Positions 49,801-59,712 of a stretch of DNA of 64,000 nt are shown piece by piece. Numbering within the stretch: position 1 is the stretch's first letter; each line of letters opens with the position of its first letter. Below the pieces are notes generated by a model. The model ran no database searches, was not told where the DNA came from, and worked only from the letters and a program-made list of their open reading frames with translations. This DNA is from a virus (taxonomy: Duplodnaviria; Caudoviricetes): positions 64,001-128,000 of IMG/VR virus record IMGVR_UViG_3300037249_001000. One strand, written 5' to 3'. A program made the translations under genes and the position numbers.

Positions 49801-50435
49801 ATAGTGTATGGACAATTTCTCCATGGGAAATTACTCTAACAAATTTATTATCTTTAAGTAATTTACAAATATTCGAAAAAGAACGTGATTGGGAATATTT
49901 TGGTACTAATTATAAAGAAGCTCAATATTACTATACGATTGATGATTTATTCGGTTCTTCTTTTATTACGGAACCTGAAAAAAATCAAATCATTAAAGAA
50001 ATGATTGAAGAAGCTAAAGAACCAGAATGCAATATTAAACCTCCTGTTGATATTGAACCACCAATAGATTTTACAGATGACCGCCAATATCCTCATGTTA
50101 GTGAATTTTATTTTAATGAATTAATTCCAAAGACATTCGTTGATCCAGATACGAAACAGTTTGATGATGATATAATGAAAGAAGAATATACAACAGTCGA
50201 TGATGTTTATAGAGTACATACTGTTGATTCATATAGAACTGAAAATGAGAAAGAACGCCGTAAAAATTATGTGGATGCTCTTGCATTAAATCCTGACGAA
50301 TATATTGAAGGTGCAAATGACGAACATCTAACATATGTGTATTGTGTTGGTCATCCTGACAAAGTAGATAACGAATTACTTTCTCAAACACCTAATAATT
50401 ATTATGAAGAGGAGGAAATAGATAATGCCTATTAG
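46884..50435 (+). CDS. large virion structural protein (baseplate/tail)
   Basis: 1183 aa; repeated VFVDGL/IFRNGR/VYMNGR beta motifs; late promoter at 46832. Confidence 0.65.
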   Translation: MSENLQNLLRESLLNNSYDYSSMHGALRMTWENSYSYLYNLQKNYVEFEDLEYISNDTDKSFKRIGRLYNDKLFRACFDVNYDFIHICDREEFHESEFYFNEFTFYDMVYNPSIFKKIPIIIVDGQCLWDYKLRINKKIISVILPFKRDFVIDLKRNPETDELIYLDHNIRILVIDNIYYYEFESVSAIGNDYNNGAQSLWYNFYGTNNAITKNGVTVRTKTKWKLGLDVTDILKNNNINSTDGLFIATINKNVENKKNLKEFFSSGILISSDVSMDPMSRKYTCDFLLGDDLHEKISDQDNKYTIHVLYVNNLHGYALPISRHDINSEWYTIIDGAQASEILYGEHDSSADNRMTKDIICDENGECNVFMIQNNNNNILTPYAMPIPVENLIVIKLDQEDNATLMINTETVRLYYPNIYRIADPDRQPGDRYHVYYFYHNATFLQYTPMYDYFYRFLQIRYNERPIEEIIDFIYRGVADLSSFTEEQANELMSTFIKIMEYQYFNHKYGEVDFLKRYKLLPQNIDKEVVECKDETLKEWINVNPFVLRDYVIEQDKLYSSVYHLWTNTLDLSTHLRTNTFEESKHEINAFLDNDDTYFTEYGKRYDQTGQYIGMFSVEELNQKLSADLQKKRHKIQISDDWYELNGEYYVFSFRNDDTIKNNLLDARVFVDGLHVDDLIQEKYYFTDYFYIPVELVTDDSYIEIEIFPTYKYGERVKFESMDDTKTITLLEPADQIFPTAQDLFYMEPSGHLIGDEHHSQLVSTDAKGIKETVKISSKQSITIGTDRPYYDTTIYSNELFEITAKYKDGDFVVKTTDPEKPVKFTRLSTFEIKPLRNYVVNKDLYVGISKIPNYINYTIDREGYPYIALVQNENNFKFNIDYLRIFRNGRLLPRQKYCFFSSFFFPRIQFTDYMYPGDVIHIDITPYRYKEIYYQERLVRGQTLINLKDVITKPFDIRYYDVYMNGRKLGLNSVWTISPWEITLTNLLSLSNLQIFEKERDWEYFGTNYKEAQYYYTIDDLFGSSFITEPEKNQIIKEMIEEAKEPECNIKPPVDIEPPIDFTDDRQYPHVSEFYFNELIPKTFVDPDTKQFDDDIMKEEYTTVDDVYRVHTVDSYRTENEKERRKNYVDALALNPDEYIEGANDEHLTYVYCVGHPDKVDNELLSQTPNNYYEEEEIDNAY

Positions 50436-51699
50436 ATTAGATACTGGTCATGAATATTTGCCAACGTTGGTTGTAAAACCAGATATGCGTTTTGCCAATA
50501 CGTTTTTAGATACAAAATATCGTGATTATGCTGTTCCTGGAGAAGCATTGATGGATAAAGTATCTGGTGAATTATTTATGAAACGACCTATAGATGGACG
50601 TGTAATAAGTTTTTTCCAAAATAAAAAAATGCTTCATGATTTAACTCTTGAATTAAGAATCATGATGGTTAATAATGAAAATTTCGTGTATCCTGAAAAA
50701 GATGATAATGCTTTTTTTGTATCAGCAAATTATGATCTATTAACAATTAATAATGAACAACCTATAGATTTATTAAATGATTATATTGAAATTCCAGAGG
50801 CTGGAAATAATGTTGATAATATAAATACATTAAGTTTTAATATATCATCGTATGCTAATGGATTTTTTATAAGAGTATCTACAAGAGATTGTGATAAACC
50901 TATTATTGAATTTCTTGTTAATAAATATAATACATTATTTAAGAATTATGATGGCGATAATTCAGAATATTATGAAGAACACACACTTTTTGAAACTAAT
51001 GAATTGTGGGAAGATTCTAGTTGTGTTATACACTATACTGCTACTAAATATAAAAATAATAATCCAATCGCAGTAATGTATTCAAGTTGTCCAATTAGAT
51101 TAAATGAGAGTTCATGTGTTTTATTACCTGATGGGTTTCCAAGTAATATAGATCCTGAATTAAGAGATTGTGATTATATTAATATTGCTATTACAGACAT
51201 TAATTTTAGGAAAATCCAATTTATATATAATCATAGAGATTATTTTGAAGATAGAGACCTAATAAATAATTATTATAAGTTAATTTTTGCTGACGGTGTT
51301 ATTAAACCTGCTGAAATAAATGTAATGTATTTTGTTGATAATGTTAATCATATTCGTTTATTAGGTAATGAATTTTTATTAGCTCTATTAGATATACCAT
51401 ATATTAATAGATATATGGCTAAAATGTCAAAATTAAAAGAAGCTTCACAATTTTTAACTACTATTAAAGAACCTAGTGTTATTGATTGGGATGCCAATAC
51501 TTGTTGGGCAGAACGTATAAGAGATGTATATAAAGGTGGAGAAACACGAAGAACAACTTCTCCCAATTCTTTTGAAGATATTGCGAAATACTTCACTCGT
51601 AATTCTGCTGCAATTTCTGGTAATATTATAACTGAAGCTGAATTAAACGAAGATCCAGATAATCATGATAGTGATTTCTTACTTATTGATGAGGGGTGA
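50425..51699 (+). CDS. probable virion structural protein
   Basis: overlaps the previous gene, GGAGG RBS. Confidence 0.6.
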   Translation: MPIRLDTGHEYLPTLVVKPDMRFANTFLDTKYRDYAVPGEALMDKVSGELFMKRPIDGRVISFFQNKKMLHDLTLELRIMMVNNENFVYPEKDDNAFFVSANYDLLTINNEQPIDLLNDYIEIPEAGNNVDNINTLSFNISSYANGFFIRVSTRDCDKPIIEFLVNKYNTLFKNYDGDNSEYYEEHTLFETNELWEDSSCVIHYTATKYKNNNPIAVMYSSCPIRLNESSCVLLPDGFPSNIDPELRDCDYINIAITDINFRKIQFIYNHRDYFEDRDLINNYYKLIFADGVIKPAEINVMYFVDNVNHIRLLGNEFLLALLDIPYINRYMAKMSKLKEASQFLTTIKEPSVIDWDANTCWAERIRDVYKGGETRRTTSPNSFEDIAKYFTRNSAAISGNIITEAELNEDPDNHDSDFLLIDEG

Positions 51700-51705
51700 T
51701 TATGA

Positions 51706-51885
51706 ATGTCAAAATCATTAGTTTTAACAGATTATAATATATTAAATGCCGATGCAAGTGAAACTGATACCGATGCAGACAGATATTTAATTAAAATTGA
51801 ATCAACCGAAAGTAATTTTAATATGCCTGAAAAAATAGAACTTAAAAGTAATGATATATTTTTAAAAGATAAAACAACGAGGTGA
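51706..51885 (+). CDS. small protein (59 aa, not in ORF track)
   Basis: MSKSLVLTDYNILNAD...KDKTTR fills the gap between 51699 and 51891. Confidence 0.55.
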   Translation: MSKSLVLTDYNILNADASETDTDADRYLIKIESTESNFNMPEKIELKSNDIFLKDKTTR

Positions 51886-51890
51886 TTATT

Positions 51891-52127
51891 ATGGTAAATG
51901 CTAGTGATGTACTACTTCATTCAAAAGATAGTGATAAAACTGAACGAATAATTTTTCCAGTAACACGACATCAAAATATTATCGGTGCTCCTAATGTTTT
52001 ATCTTTAGATCAGAAAATACATGAAAGTTACGGTTCAGTATTTTTACTGTTACAAACTGATACAGTTTCAATTGATGAAGATAAATTAAATGAAATAACT
52101 AATTATAGATTAACAGGTAAACGATAA
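51891..52127 (+). CDS. small tail-associated protein
   Basis: IIFPVTRHQNIIG resembles the fiber-associated 'P.T....V' motif; GAGGTG RBS. Confidence 0.55.
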   Translation: MVNASDVLLHSKDSDKTERIIFPVTRHQNIIGAPNVLSLDQKIHESYGSVFLLLQTDTVSIDEDKLNEITNYRLTGKR

Positions 52128-52146
52128 GAAAGGAGAGAAAATTCTT

Positions 52147-52377
52147 ATGGCTGATAAAATTAAAGGTAGATTACAAACACCTATTGATGAAACAACTGGT
52201 GAACGTAAAGATATTCATCTTATAACAACATCAGATGAAGTTCTTGTACCCGATGGGAATAATGAACCTAAAATATTAACTAATGTTTTAAATAATATGC
52301 ATGTTAATATTGTTATTAGTTCGGTAGATAGAAAACCTACATATCCTACTGTATGGTTTAGAACAGATGATCAATAA
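52147..52377 (+). CDS. small tail-associated protein
   Basis: IHLITTSDEV...LTNVL...PTVWF fiber-like motifs. Confidence 0.55.
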   Translation: MADKIKGRLQTPIDETTGERKDIHLITTSDEVLVPDGNNEPKILTNVLNNMHVNIVISSVDRKPTYPTVWFRTDDQ

Positions 52378-52426
52378 AATTATGGTAGAGAATGAAATAT
52401 AAATTCATTCTCTACCATATTATATT

Positions 52427-52787
52427 TTAAAAATTTGTCGCTTTATCAAAATCAAAAGGTTCAAATTCATCATTATTATTTTTTTTATTTTTCTTTGGTT
52501 TTTCTTCTCTTTCAATGGCATTGGTTTTTCCACGTTTGGATTCAACAGATTCAAATTTAGATGCTATTGATGTGGTTGATATAGGTTCTGCAAAATCGAT
52601 ATCATCTATTAATCTAATTTCATTTCCTGGTTCAAATGGATGATTAAAATATTCCAATCTACGAAGTTTTTCATCTTCTTCAGCAGATCTATAACGACGT
52701 TTTAATAATTTAAATGTTAGAAATAATTCACCAGTATCAGATTTAACTTCTGGATTAATAATACATATTACGTCGCTGTTCTCTATG
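52427..52787 (-). CDS. dnaB: DnaB-like replicative helicase, exon 2
   Basis: spliced AWEI|IENSDVICII, KRR arginine-finger region; about 565 aa in total. Confidence 0.85.
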
Positions 52788-54095
52788 CTTTTATGTTCAT
52801 ATAAGTTCGTTAGACTCATATAAGTATAAATACTTCTTTATATCTCTATAAATGGTCAGACTATATCTTCATCCAATAACTCTATTACCAAGTTATTGGA
52901 GCTATTCATTTCACTTTAATGGATTTATGTTAAACTAATCTCATCTAACTACCAACCACTTGGCGTTACTCTACTCACTTCGTGTAGATATTTCAATCTA
53001 CCTTATTTTCAAATTATAAATTTCTTTATAATTATATAGCTTTCGATAGTCGTTGAACTATAAATAATCTTTATATATCTCCTTTCTACGAATTTTCCGT
53101 ATTGTTGCCATCCTACTTTCTTTTTTACTTCCATCTGTATAAATTTCATTGAATATTTCAATATTAGAATATCCTTTATTAATTAACTCATTAATTAATG
53201 GAATTTTAGCAACAGTTTCTTCTTGTTGAGGTGTCAATTTAGTTTTAGATGAAAAATCATATTTTTGTGATATTTCATTCCATGCTAATCTGTTTTTAAT
53301 ACGTACTAATAATTGACGATATTTCTTTTCATTAGGTAAGTTTAATAATTGTAGAATTTCATCATAAGATTTTTCTTCGGAAAGATATTGACAAATTTTT
53401 TCAGCTTGAGTATTTGTTATTAAAGCATATACACTATTTTCACATGTTGTGTTTATTTCTTTACGTTCAAATGCTGCTTTAGTATTTTCACCATGAGTCT
53501 TTATTTCTAAATTTAAGTAAAAATTATTTAATCCGTTATTATCCAGATGATCAGGTACTAAATTTTCTTTTGGAACATTTTTATACCTTTTTGGAATTTT
53601 TAAGAAACAGTGTGCAACTAATTGATGGACAAGAACCCATTCTTTTTTGCCATTTTTCATTTCTAAATATACAGCATAGTAAGGATGTTTCTTTTTATTA
53701 GCAACTTTAAAAGTTACTCGTTCTTTTGTTTCCTTAATTCTTACATCACCATAATTACTAACTTCATAGATATTATTTTTAACTTTTTTAAAATTTTTCA
53801 ATACCTTCCATTCTTCAAAATATCCAACATAAGTCATTAATTATTCAACTCCTTTATAATAATTTATGTTATGATATATAATTGATTATTTATAGCTGCG
53901 GATTATCTCTATCTCCAATCTTATTACTATACCTTAGGCATTACCCTTCGCCACTATAATATCACTATTATAGTTTAGTAATTGAAGCTTAGCAAGCATA
54001 TTATAAATAATATGTCTGGTTTGCAAGACCAGAAATTTCCCGCATTTAGAATAGTTGTTTTATATACATTACTGTATATGGAGACCATAGAATTA
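52788..54095 (-). mobile_element. group I intron with HNH homing endonuclease in dnaB
   Basis: P1 GGAGAU/GUCUCC, P10 UUCUAUG/CAUAGAG, core UUCAACGACUA...GAAGAUAUAGUC, terminal G; excision restores frame. Confidence 0.92.
53058..53837 (-). CDS. NUMOD4-HNH homing endonuclease (I-HmuI-like)
   Basis: EEWK...YEVSNYGDVR, LVHQLVA, DHLDNNGLNN..NLE..THGEN. Confidence 0.92.
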   Translation of the reverse strand: MTYVGYFEEWKVLKNFKKVKNNIYEVSNYGDVRIKETKERVTFKVANKKKHPYYAVYLEMKNGKKEWVLVHQLVAHCFLKIPKRYKNVPKENLVPDHLDNNGLNNFYLNLEIKTHGENTKAAFERKEINTTCENSVYALITNTQAEKICQYLSEEKSYDEILQLLNLPNEKKYRQLLVRIKNRLAWNEISQKYDFSSKTKLTPQQEETVAKIPLINELINKGYSNIEIFNEIYTDGSKKESRMATIRKIRRKEIYKDYL

Positions 54096-55432
54096 ATCTC
54101 CCATGCTCCAGCAATAGCATCCCTTCCAACAAGTTTAGTAACATCTTCTTTTTTAGCTTGTATTGCGGCATCAACTACACTAGCACCACTTCTATTTAAC
54201 TGTTGGGCTGTTATTACAGGTATATCAAAGAACTTTGCAAGCTCCTTCAATTCATTTGTAATATTTTTTAATTCAGTTTTTTCTGTATCAGCTTTTTCAG
54301 CCGGTCTTATTCTTTTTAAATAGTCTATTATAAGAGTTATTACTTCAACTCCATCGTCTGCTAAATCTTGAATAAGAGTGTATAAATCGTTAGTATCCAA
54401 TTCTCTATTCTTATATTCTTTAATTATAATATCTATATTATTTTCACCAGTTAATTTAAATCCACCTTGTCTAATTTTTTTCTTTATTTGTTTAGGTGTA
54501 TAATTTCTGATATCATCTGAATCAATTGCCATATTATATAATCTTTCAATTGTTTCCGGTATATCATTTTCTAATGTTAAAAATAATACAGCAGGTCTTT
54601 TATCAGGATCTTTAGTTTGAATATTTGGATTATACTTACGAATATCAATCGCTGATTTTAAAAGTATAGTTGATTTACCTTTACCTGGAAAAGCTAAATA
54701 TGTATATAAGCGTTTACTTAAATACCCAGGAGCTAAAATTGTGTTCCATCGTTGAATACCTGTTACAAATATTCTATTTCTATCTTTAAGTTTTGTAACA
54801 GCATCTTCAATAACTTGGTCAAATATATCGTCTTCTAATGAAAACATTTGATCACTATTTAAGCTACGAGTTGCTCTATTTATGCTTATAATACTATTAG
54901 CAATTTCATATAAATCTTTACTAACTGATTGATATGTTTTAAATTCTCCGTTATTAATTTTATCAAATATTTCTTGAATTGCATCTTTTACAGATATTGA
55001 ATATCCGTATGCTAAAGCATCTTCTAATCGTTTTATAAGATGTTTACTTTCTTCATGTGTAATTTTATCAGTTCCTATATTTTCTATAATAGAAGCTTTA
55101 TAATCATCACATTCTAAATCATCTAAACAATATTGTTTTAAATATTCATCAGATTCAAATCCTTGAGTAAGTTTTCCATCAAGGGTTTTTTTAATTATCC
55201 AAATTCTATTTAAAGCTTCTTGATTATCTCTATATTCATATAAATCTAAGTTATTAAATAATTTATTTATATTAGTTAGTGTTTTTCTCGTACGTAATAC
55301 ACTATCTTTATAAATGAATGATAAAGTCATATTAAGAGTTATCAAATTAAATTTTAGTTTAATAGGTTTCATTTTTAAATCTTTAATATTTAACATTTTT
55401 TTCGTTGATATTGGTTTAACAACATCTTCCAT
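54096..55432 (-). CDS. dnaB: DnaB-like replicative helicase, exon 1
   Basis: AFPGKGKST, TLEN, IIDYL, ITAQQLNR. Confidence 0.9.
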
Positions 55433-55547
55433 TTTATTACCTCATTTCTTCGGTTGATTAGATTTTTGTTGTTAAAACAATAAAAAAAAATATATTAGGT
55501 TATTTTAAATAACCTAATATATTTATACATTTAGTTATGCTTATATT

Positions 55548-56108
55548 TTAGATATTTACTATAAACGGGTTATCGCTATCAACTGTTGCACTGATAGTAA
55601 TTTTTGTTTCAGCATTAGATTGGATATCTATGTGTGGTGCTACAATATCAGCATTATACAGTCTTACAAATTTTATTTCGCCATGATCTGTATTAATGTA
55701 ATTTCTATCACCTGCGGTTTCAACCATATTTAAAACCAAGGTTGATTTTTTACCCATTCCTATATAAGCACCATTAATAATTTTACTATTAACGATGGAT
55801 GCATTGTATACCTCAGCATCTCCGTCAACTATCGAACTCATAATAACCGAATTTTTTCGAATTTGAGCATCGCCTGAAACAATAGAATTGCCAATAATCA
55901 TTGATGTTTCATCAATAAATGCTCCACCATCTTGAGAAAGATTCTCTTCTCTCTCAATCCAACCACCAATCTCTCCTTCAGATAAAATCCGTGATGGCTT
56001 ACCAAAATCACCAATAGTATAAATATCTGTTAAATATCTAATTTGATGAAGTTCGTGTCCATTAACATCTATTGTTTCGCCTGTAAATTCATACTTCTTA
56101 TCTGACAT
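55548..56108 (-). CDS. left-handed beta-helix (hexapeptide) protein, paralog 1
   Basis: KYEFTGE...LHQIR...GGWIEREENLSQ plus hexapeptides. Confidence 0.8.
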   Translation of the reverse strand: MSDKKYEFTGETIDVNGHELHQIRYLTDIYTIGDFGKPSRILSEGEIGGWIEREENLSQDGGAFIDETSMIIGNSIVSGDAQIRKNSVIMSSIVDGDAEVYNASIVNSKIINGAYIGMGKKSTLVLNMVETAGDRNYINTDHGEIKFVRLYNADIVAPHIDIQSNAETKITISATVDSDNPFIVNI

Positions 56109-56207
56109 ATTTTAACATCCTTTCATTTAAAAAAATTAAAAAGTGGAGTATTAATTTATAATACTCCACTTTTTATTATAATGCACGACTTATCTAAATA
56201 ATAAAAA

Positions 56208-56858
56208 TTAGATAAGTCGTGCATTATTAGCATAATTCAAATTACCATCAATAACAACTTCGCCTACAATCGCTGCGCAACCAGAAATACTTGCATTATC
56301 TTTGACAACTGCATCCTCTGCAACAATTGCATGCTCATAAACGCATGCATTACCAGACACAGTTGCATTTCCAGTTACTGTTGCACAACCAGAAATACTT
56401 GCATTATCTTTGACAACTGCATCCTCTGCAACAATTGCATGCTCATAAACGCATGCATTACCAGACACAGTTGCATTTCCAGTTACTGTTGCACAACCAG
56501 AAATACTTGCATTATCTTTGACACCACAGCTCGATCCCTTAATAACTGCATGATCAGAAACCGTAACATTATCATCAACAACAGCTTTACCAGCAACAAT
56601 TGCATAGTCAGTAACTTTAGTATGCCCTTTAATCATAGCATTATCCATGACAATACCATTATCCATGACAATAGCATTATCTCCAACCCATGCGGAGCCG
56701 TGTTCGAGATTCTCTTCTCTCTCAATCCATCCGCCAATATCACCACGTTTAACATCATGGTAACCCAAATCAGTTGTAGCTCTGATTCGATTGAGAGTAT
56801 GACCCATGTACTTTCTTGTCTCACCTGTAAACTCATATGTTCTTTTTACATCACTCAT
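56208..56858 (-). CDS. left-handed beta-helix protein, paralog 2
   Basis: same N-terminal domain; V.DNA.I hexapeptide repeats. Confidence 0.85.
   Translation of the reverse strand: MSDVKRTYEFTGETRKYMGHTLNRIRATTDLGYHDVKRGDIGGWIEREENLEHGSAWVGDNAIVMDNGIVMDNAMIKGHTKVTDYAIVAGKAVVDDNVTVSDHAVIKGSSCGVKDNASISGCATVTGNATVSGNACVYEHAIVAEDAVVKDNASISGCATVTGNATVSGNACVYEHAIVAEDAVVKDNASISGCAAIVGEVVIDGNLNYANNARLI
56278..56523. repeat. perfect 108-bp tandem duplication (about 2.3 copies)
   Basis: CCAGAAATACTTGCATTATCTTTGACA at 56281, 56389 and 56497. Confidence 0.9.
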
Positions 56859-57017
56859 ATTATTATCTCCTTTATATAAAATATATTAAGAATAGTTCTG
56901 CTTTTTACTGGATCAAGCATAACCTAATGACATAAAAATAATATATAAATTAATAAATTAAAAATACATGTAAAGATACCTTTGTTAATCACAAAGGTAT
57001 CTTTACTAATTTTATTA

Positions 57018-57371
57018 TCACTTCAAATTCTCTTTATCTAAATCTAAACATTCTTTTATTTCTGTAATATACCAATCTATGGTTGTATATATATTAGGAT
57101 CTTCATCTACATGACCGATAGTTGAACGAGCACCAATAACTCCATTTTCTTGTTCAATATAAAAGTCATCTTCATCATATATATCATGATTATTATAAAA
57201 ATCTATTGGATTTCCATAATAATCGAAATATGACGGTGGAACTTCACCGTCATTAATCATGCTTACTTTTAATTCATTATAAGCGTCGTTAATATTAGTA
57301 AACACTTTAACTTTTATAATTTTTTTGTTATTCCTGAATGGTAAATCATAAATTTGAACGTATACATACAT
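57018..57371 (-). CDS. hypothetical protein
   Basis: 117 aa, in operon. Confidence 0.7.
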   Translation of the reverse strand: MYVYVQIYDLPFRNNKKIIKVKVFTNINDAYNELKVSMINDGEVPPSYFDYYGNPIDFYNNHDIYDEDDFYIEQENGVIGARSTIGHVDEDPNIYTTIDWYITEIKECLDLDKENLK

Positions 57372-57372
57372 A

Positions 57373-57804
57373 TTACCTTCTCCTCTTCAAATATTTTAAA
57401 TGTGTTATTTTAATTGATGATCCTGTAAATCCTACGATTTCATATTCAGGATATTGATCATTCCATGTCTTACGTAATTCATCAGTTTTCATTATATAAT
57501 TATATAATGATATTTCACTAACTGAGAATTTGTTAATGAGATTTTTCAATTCAATCAATAGTTCATGGAACATATAAACTTGAGTATCTGACATATTAAA
57601 TGATTCTTTAAAATACTTATTAAACCACTCTTTGTCATAAAACTCATCGACCTTTTTATAGATATTGCCAAAATCAGTATCATTAAATTGACAATCTTTT
57701 AGTTTCAAATTATTAAATTCTTTTTCCTCCATATCTAATTCAAAATTTATGATAATAGATTCACTATGATGATTATCAAAATTACTTATTGATATATAAT
57801 GCAT
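57373..57804 (-). CDS. hypothetical protein
   Basis: 143 aa, in operon. Confidence 0.7.
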   Translation of the reverse strand: MHYISISNFDNHHSESIIINFELDMEEKEFNNLKLKDCQFNDTDFGNIYKKVDEFYDKEWFNKYFKESFNMSDTQVYMFHELLIELKNLINKFSVSEISLYNYIMKTDELRKTWNDQYPEYEIVGFTGSSIKITHLKYLKRRR

Positions 57805-57805
57805 T

Positions 57806-58318
57806 TTATTTTTTCCTCTCTTTACTTTTAATATAATCTTCTCTCATAACTTCAAAAATTATGGTATCATATATTTTGCCATCCATTAATTTAATAGTCT
57901 GATGTAATTGTCCAACTTCTCTACCTCCAAATCGTTTACATAAATTGCGATAACCTCTAACAGCAGGATTATCTACACAACAATTCCATTCCATTCTATT
58001 AAAATTATAAACCATAAAGATATTGTCAATAGCTTGAAGTAAATCGTGAGCGTATGTAACACTACCGCCTTCTATAAAACTAATAGCAGCAAACGAAGGA
58101 ACAGACATTGTCTCATAATTAACACCATACATAATATAACCAAGTATTTCACCTTTATCATTTACTGATACAAACTGGTGAACCTAATTATTACTATCAT
58201 CAATTGTTGGTATACTTGCAGATGTACCAAAATGATAATATTTATATTTCATATCATACATAGTTTCTACAAATTTAACATGAAGCTCAGCAGTATACAA
58301 ATTAGCAGGTTTTAACAT
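57806..58318 (-). pseudogene. GNAT/RimJ-like acetyltransferase interrupted by in-frame TAG (codon 45)
   Basis: AAGGAG RBS + MLKPANLY...DDSNN*VHQFVSVNDKGEILGYI continues in frame into the NPAVRGY...GGREVG...DGKIYD GNAT tail. Confidence 0.75.
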
Positions 58319-58411
58319 TTTTAACGTCTCCTTTAAAAAAATAAATATAAATAAAAGTTATGCAGATGATAAGATTCTACTCCTATCATCTGCATTGTTA
58401 AATATTGAAAT

Positions 58412-59014
58412 TTATTCAAATTTTATTTTCAAATAAATTTCAGGTGTAGAATTAATTCTTGCATCACCAGCAATGAACTTATCAACTACTCTACTGTTAC
58501 CTGAAATAACAGCATTTCCTGAAATATCTGAACAACCAAATACCGCAGCACCATCCATAATACACGCATGACCATGAATCGAAGCATCGCCGAACACCAT
58601 TGCATTATCGATGATTCCTGTTTCATCTGAAACATTTGCGTTTCCAAATACAGTTGCATCATTCATTACATATGCGAGACCATAGACATGTGCATTATCG
58701 AATACTCTACTATTATATGATATAACAGCTGTGCCTGAAATGACAGCGTTACCGTAAACCATGCTATTATCACGAAGCTTTGCATGGTCGCCAACTTGAG
58801 CATTTTCCAGAACCATGCTGTTATCATAAACCCAGCTAAAACCCGTCTGGGAAAGATTACCCTCGTGTTCGATATACCCTCCGAGTTCGCCCTTTCTCAC
58901 ATCACCAAATTGTTTCAATGCTCTAATACGATAAAGAGTATGAACTTCCTCATCATTACCACGGTTGATAATTACGTCGATTTTATCATTCATCATCAAT
59001 GCATACTTTTTCAT
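58412..59014 (-). CDS. left-handed beta-helix protein, paralog 3
   Basis: TLYRIRALKQFGDVRKGELGGYIEHEGNLSQ plus hexapeptides. Confidence 0.85.
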   Translation of the reverse strand: MKKYALMMNDKIDVIINRGNDEEVHTLYRIRALKQFGDVRKGELGGYIEHEGNLSQTGFSWVYDNSMVLENAQVGDHAKLRDNSMVYGNAVISGTAVISYNSRVFDNAHVYGLAYVMNDATVFGNANVSDETGIIDNAMVFGDASIHGHACIMDGAAVFGCSDISGNAVISGNSRVVDKFIAGDARINSTPEIYLKIKFE

Positions 59015-59200
59015 AATTTATACGACCTTTCTTCATAACTTCGTCTATCCCTAAATAGACTTACATATTAAATATCCATATGTATTTAAATAAAGTATTT
59101 AAATACGTTGAAATAATATATAAATATTTTTCATACCATAATGTAGATTTTTTAATAAAAAACAATATACTAAGCGGGTCATTAAATAAAGAGGAAGAAT

Positions 59201-59422
59201 ATGACTAATAACTATTTTGTTGCAACTAAATATAATAAATATGCCGGAAATATCAAGGATAAATTTTTAGATTTACAACACTCCTTCAATATATTACAAT
59301 ATGCAAAATAGAGTGCTGTAATAGCTAAAAATAATTATGAAAAGACATTTCATGTTTTTGATATTTTTGGTAATATTATTTATACAGCGGAACATAATAA
59401 AACGCATAAATTACTTAATTAA
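59201..59422 (+). pseudogene. small late gene with in-frame TAG (codon 37)
   Basis: late promoter at 59161 and GAGG RBS; frame otherwise open until a TAA abutting the next RBS. Confidence 0.5.
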
Positions 59423-59434
59423 GAGGTGTTAAAA

Positions 59435-59707
59435 ATGTTAGGAACACTTAATGCTATGAGACGTGAACGAGCTGAAAGAATTCGTGATGTTTTATATATT
59501 CGTGAATTATCTGAAAACGATGTAGATGATCGTATTTCTCGTGCTGATCGTATACTTAATGGTAAAGCTGACCCTATTGGTTATAAAGGTATTCCTGAAT
59601 TAGCTAATAGAATCTCCATTGACGATGGTTTTAAAGATGATGAAATTAATAGAATTCTTACAGCAAATAGAGATATAACATTCGATGAAATGTTAGGTAT
59701 TAAATAA
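59435..59707 (+). CDS. hypothetical late protein
   Basis: GAGGTG RBS. Confidence 0.7.
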   Translation: MLGTLNAMRRERAERIRDVLYIRELSENDVDDRISRADRILNGKADPIGYKGIPELANRISIDDGFKDDEINRILTANRDITFDEMLGIK

Positions 59708-59712
59708 GGAGA

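Noticed and set aside
1817-55432. Inteins or sequencing frameshifts as the cause of the split genes
   Set aside because: The inserts contain stops and have group I P1/P7/P10 elements with precise U|...G boundaries
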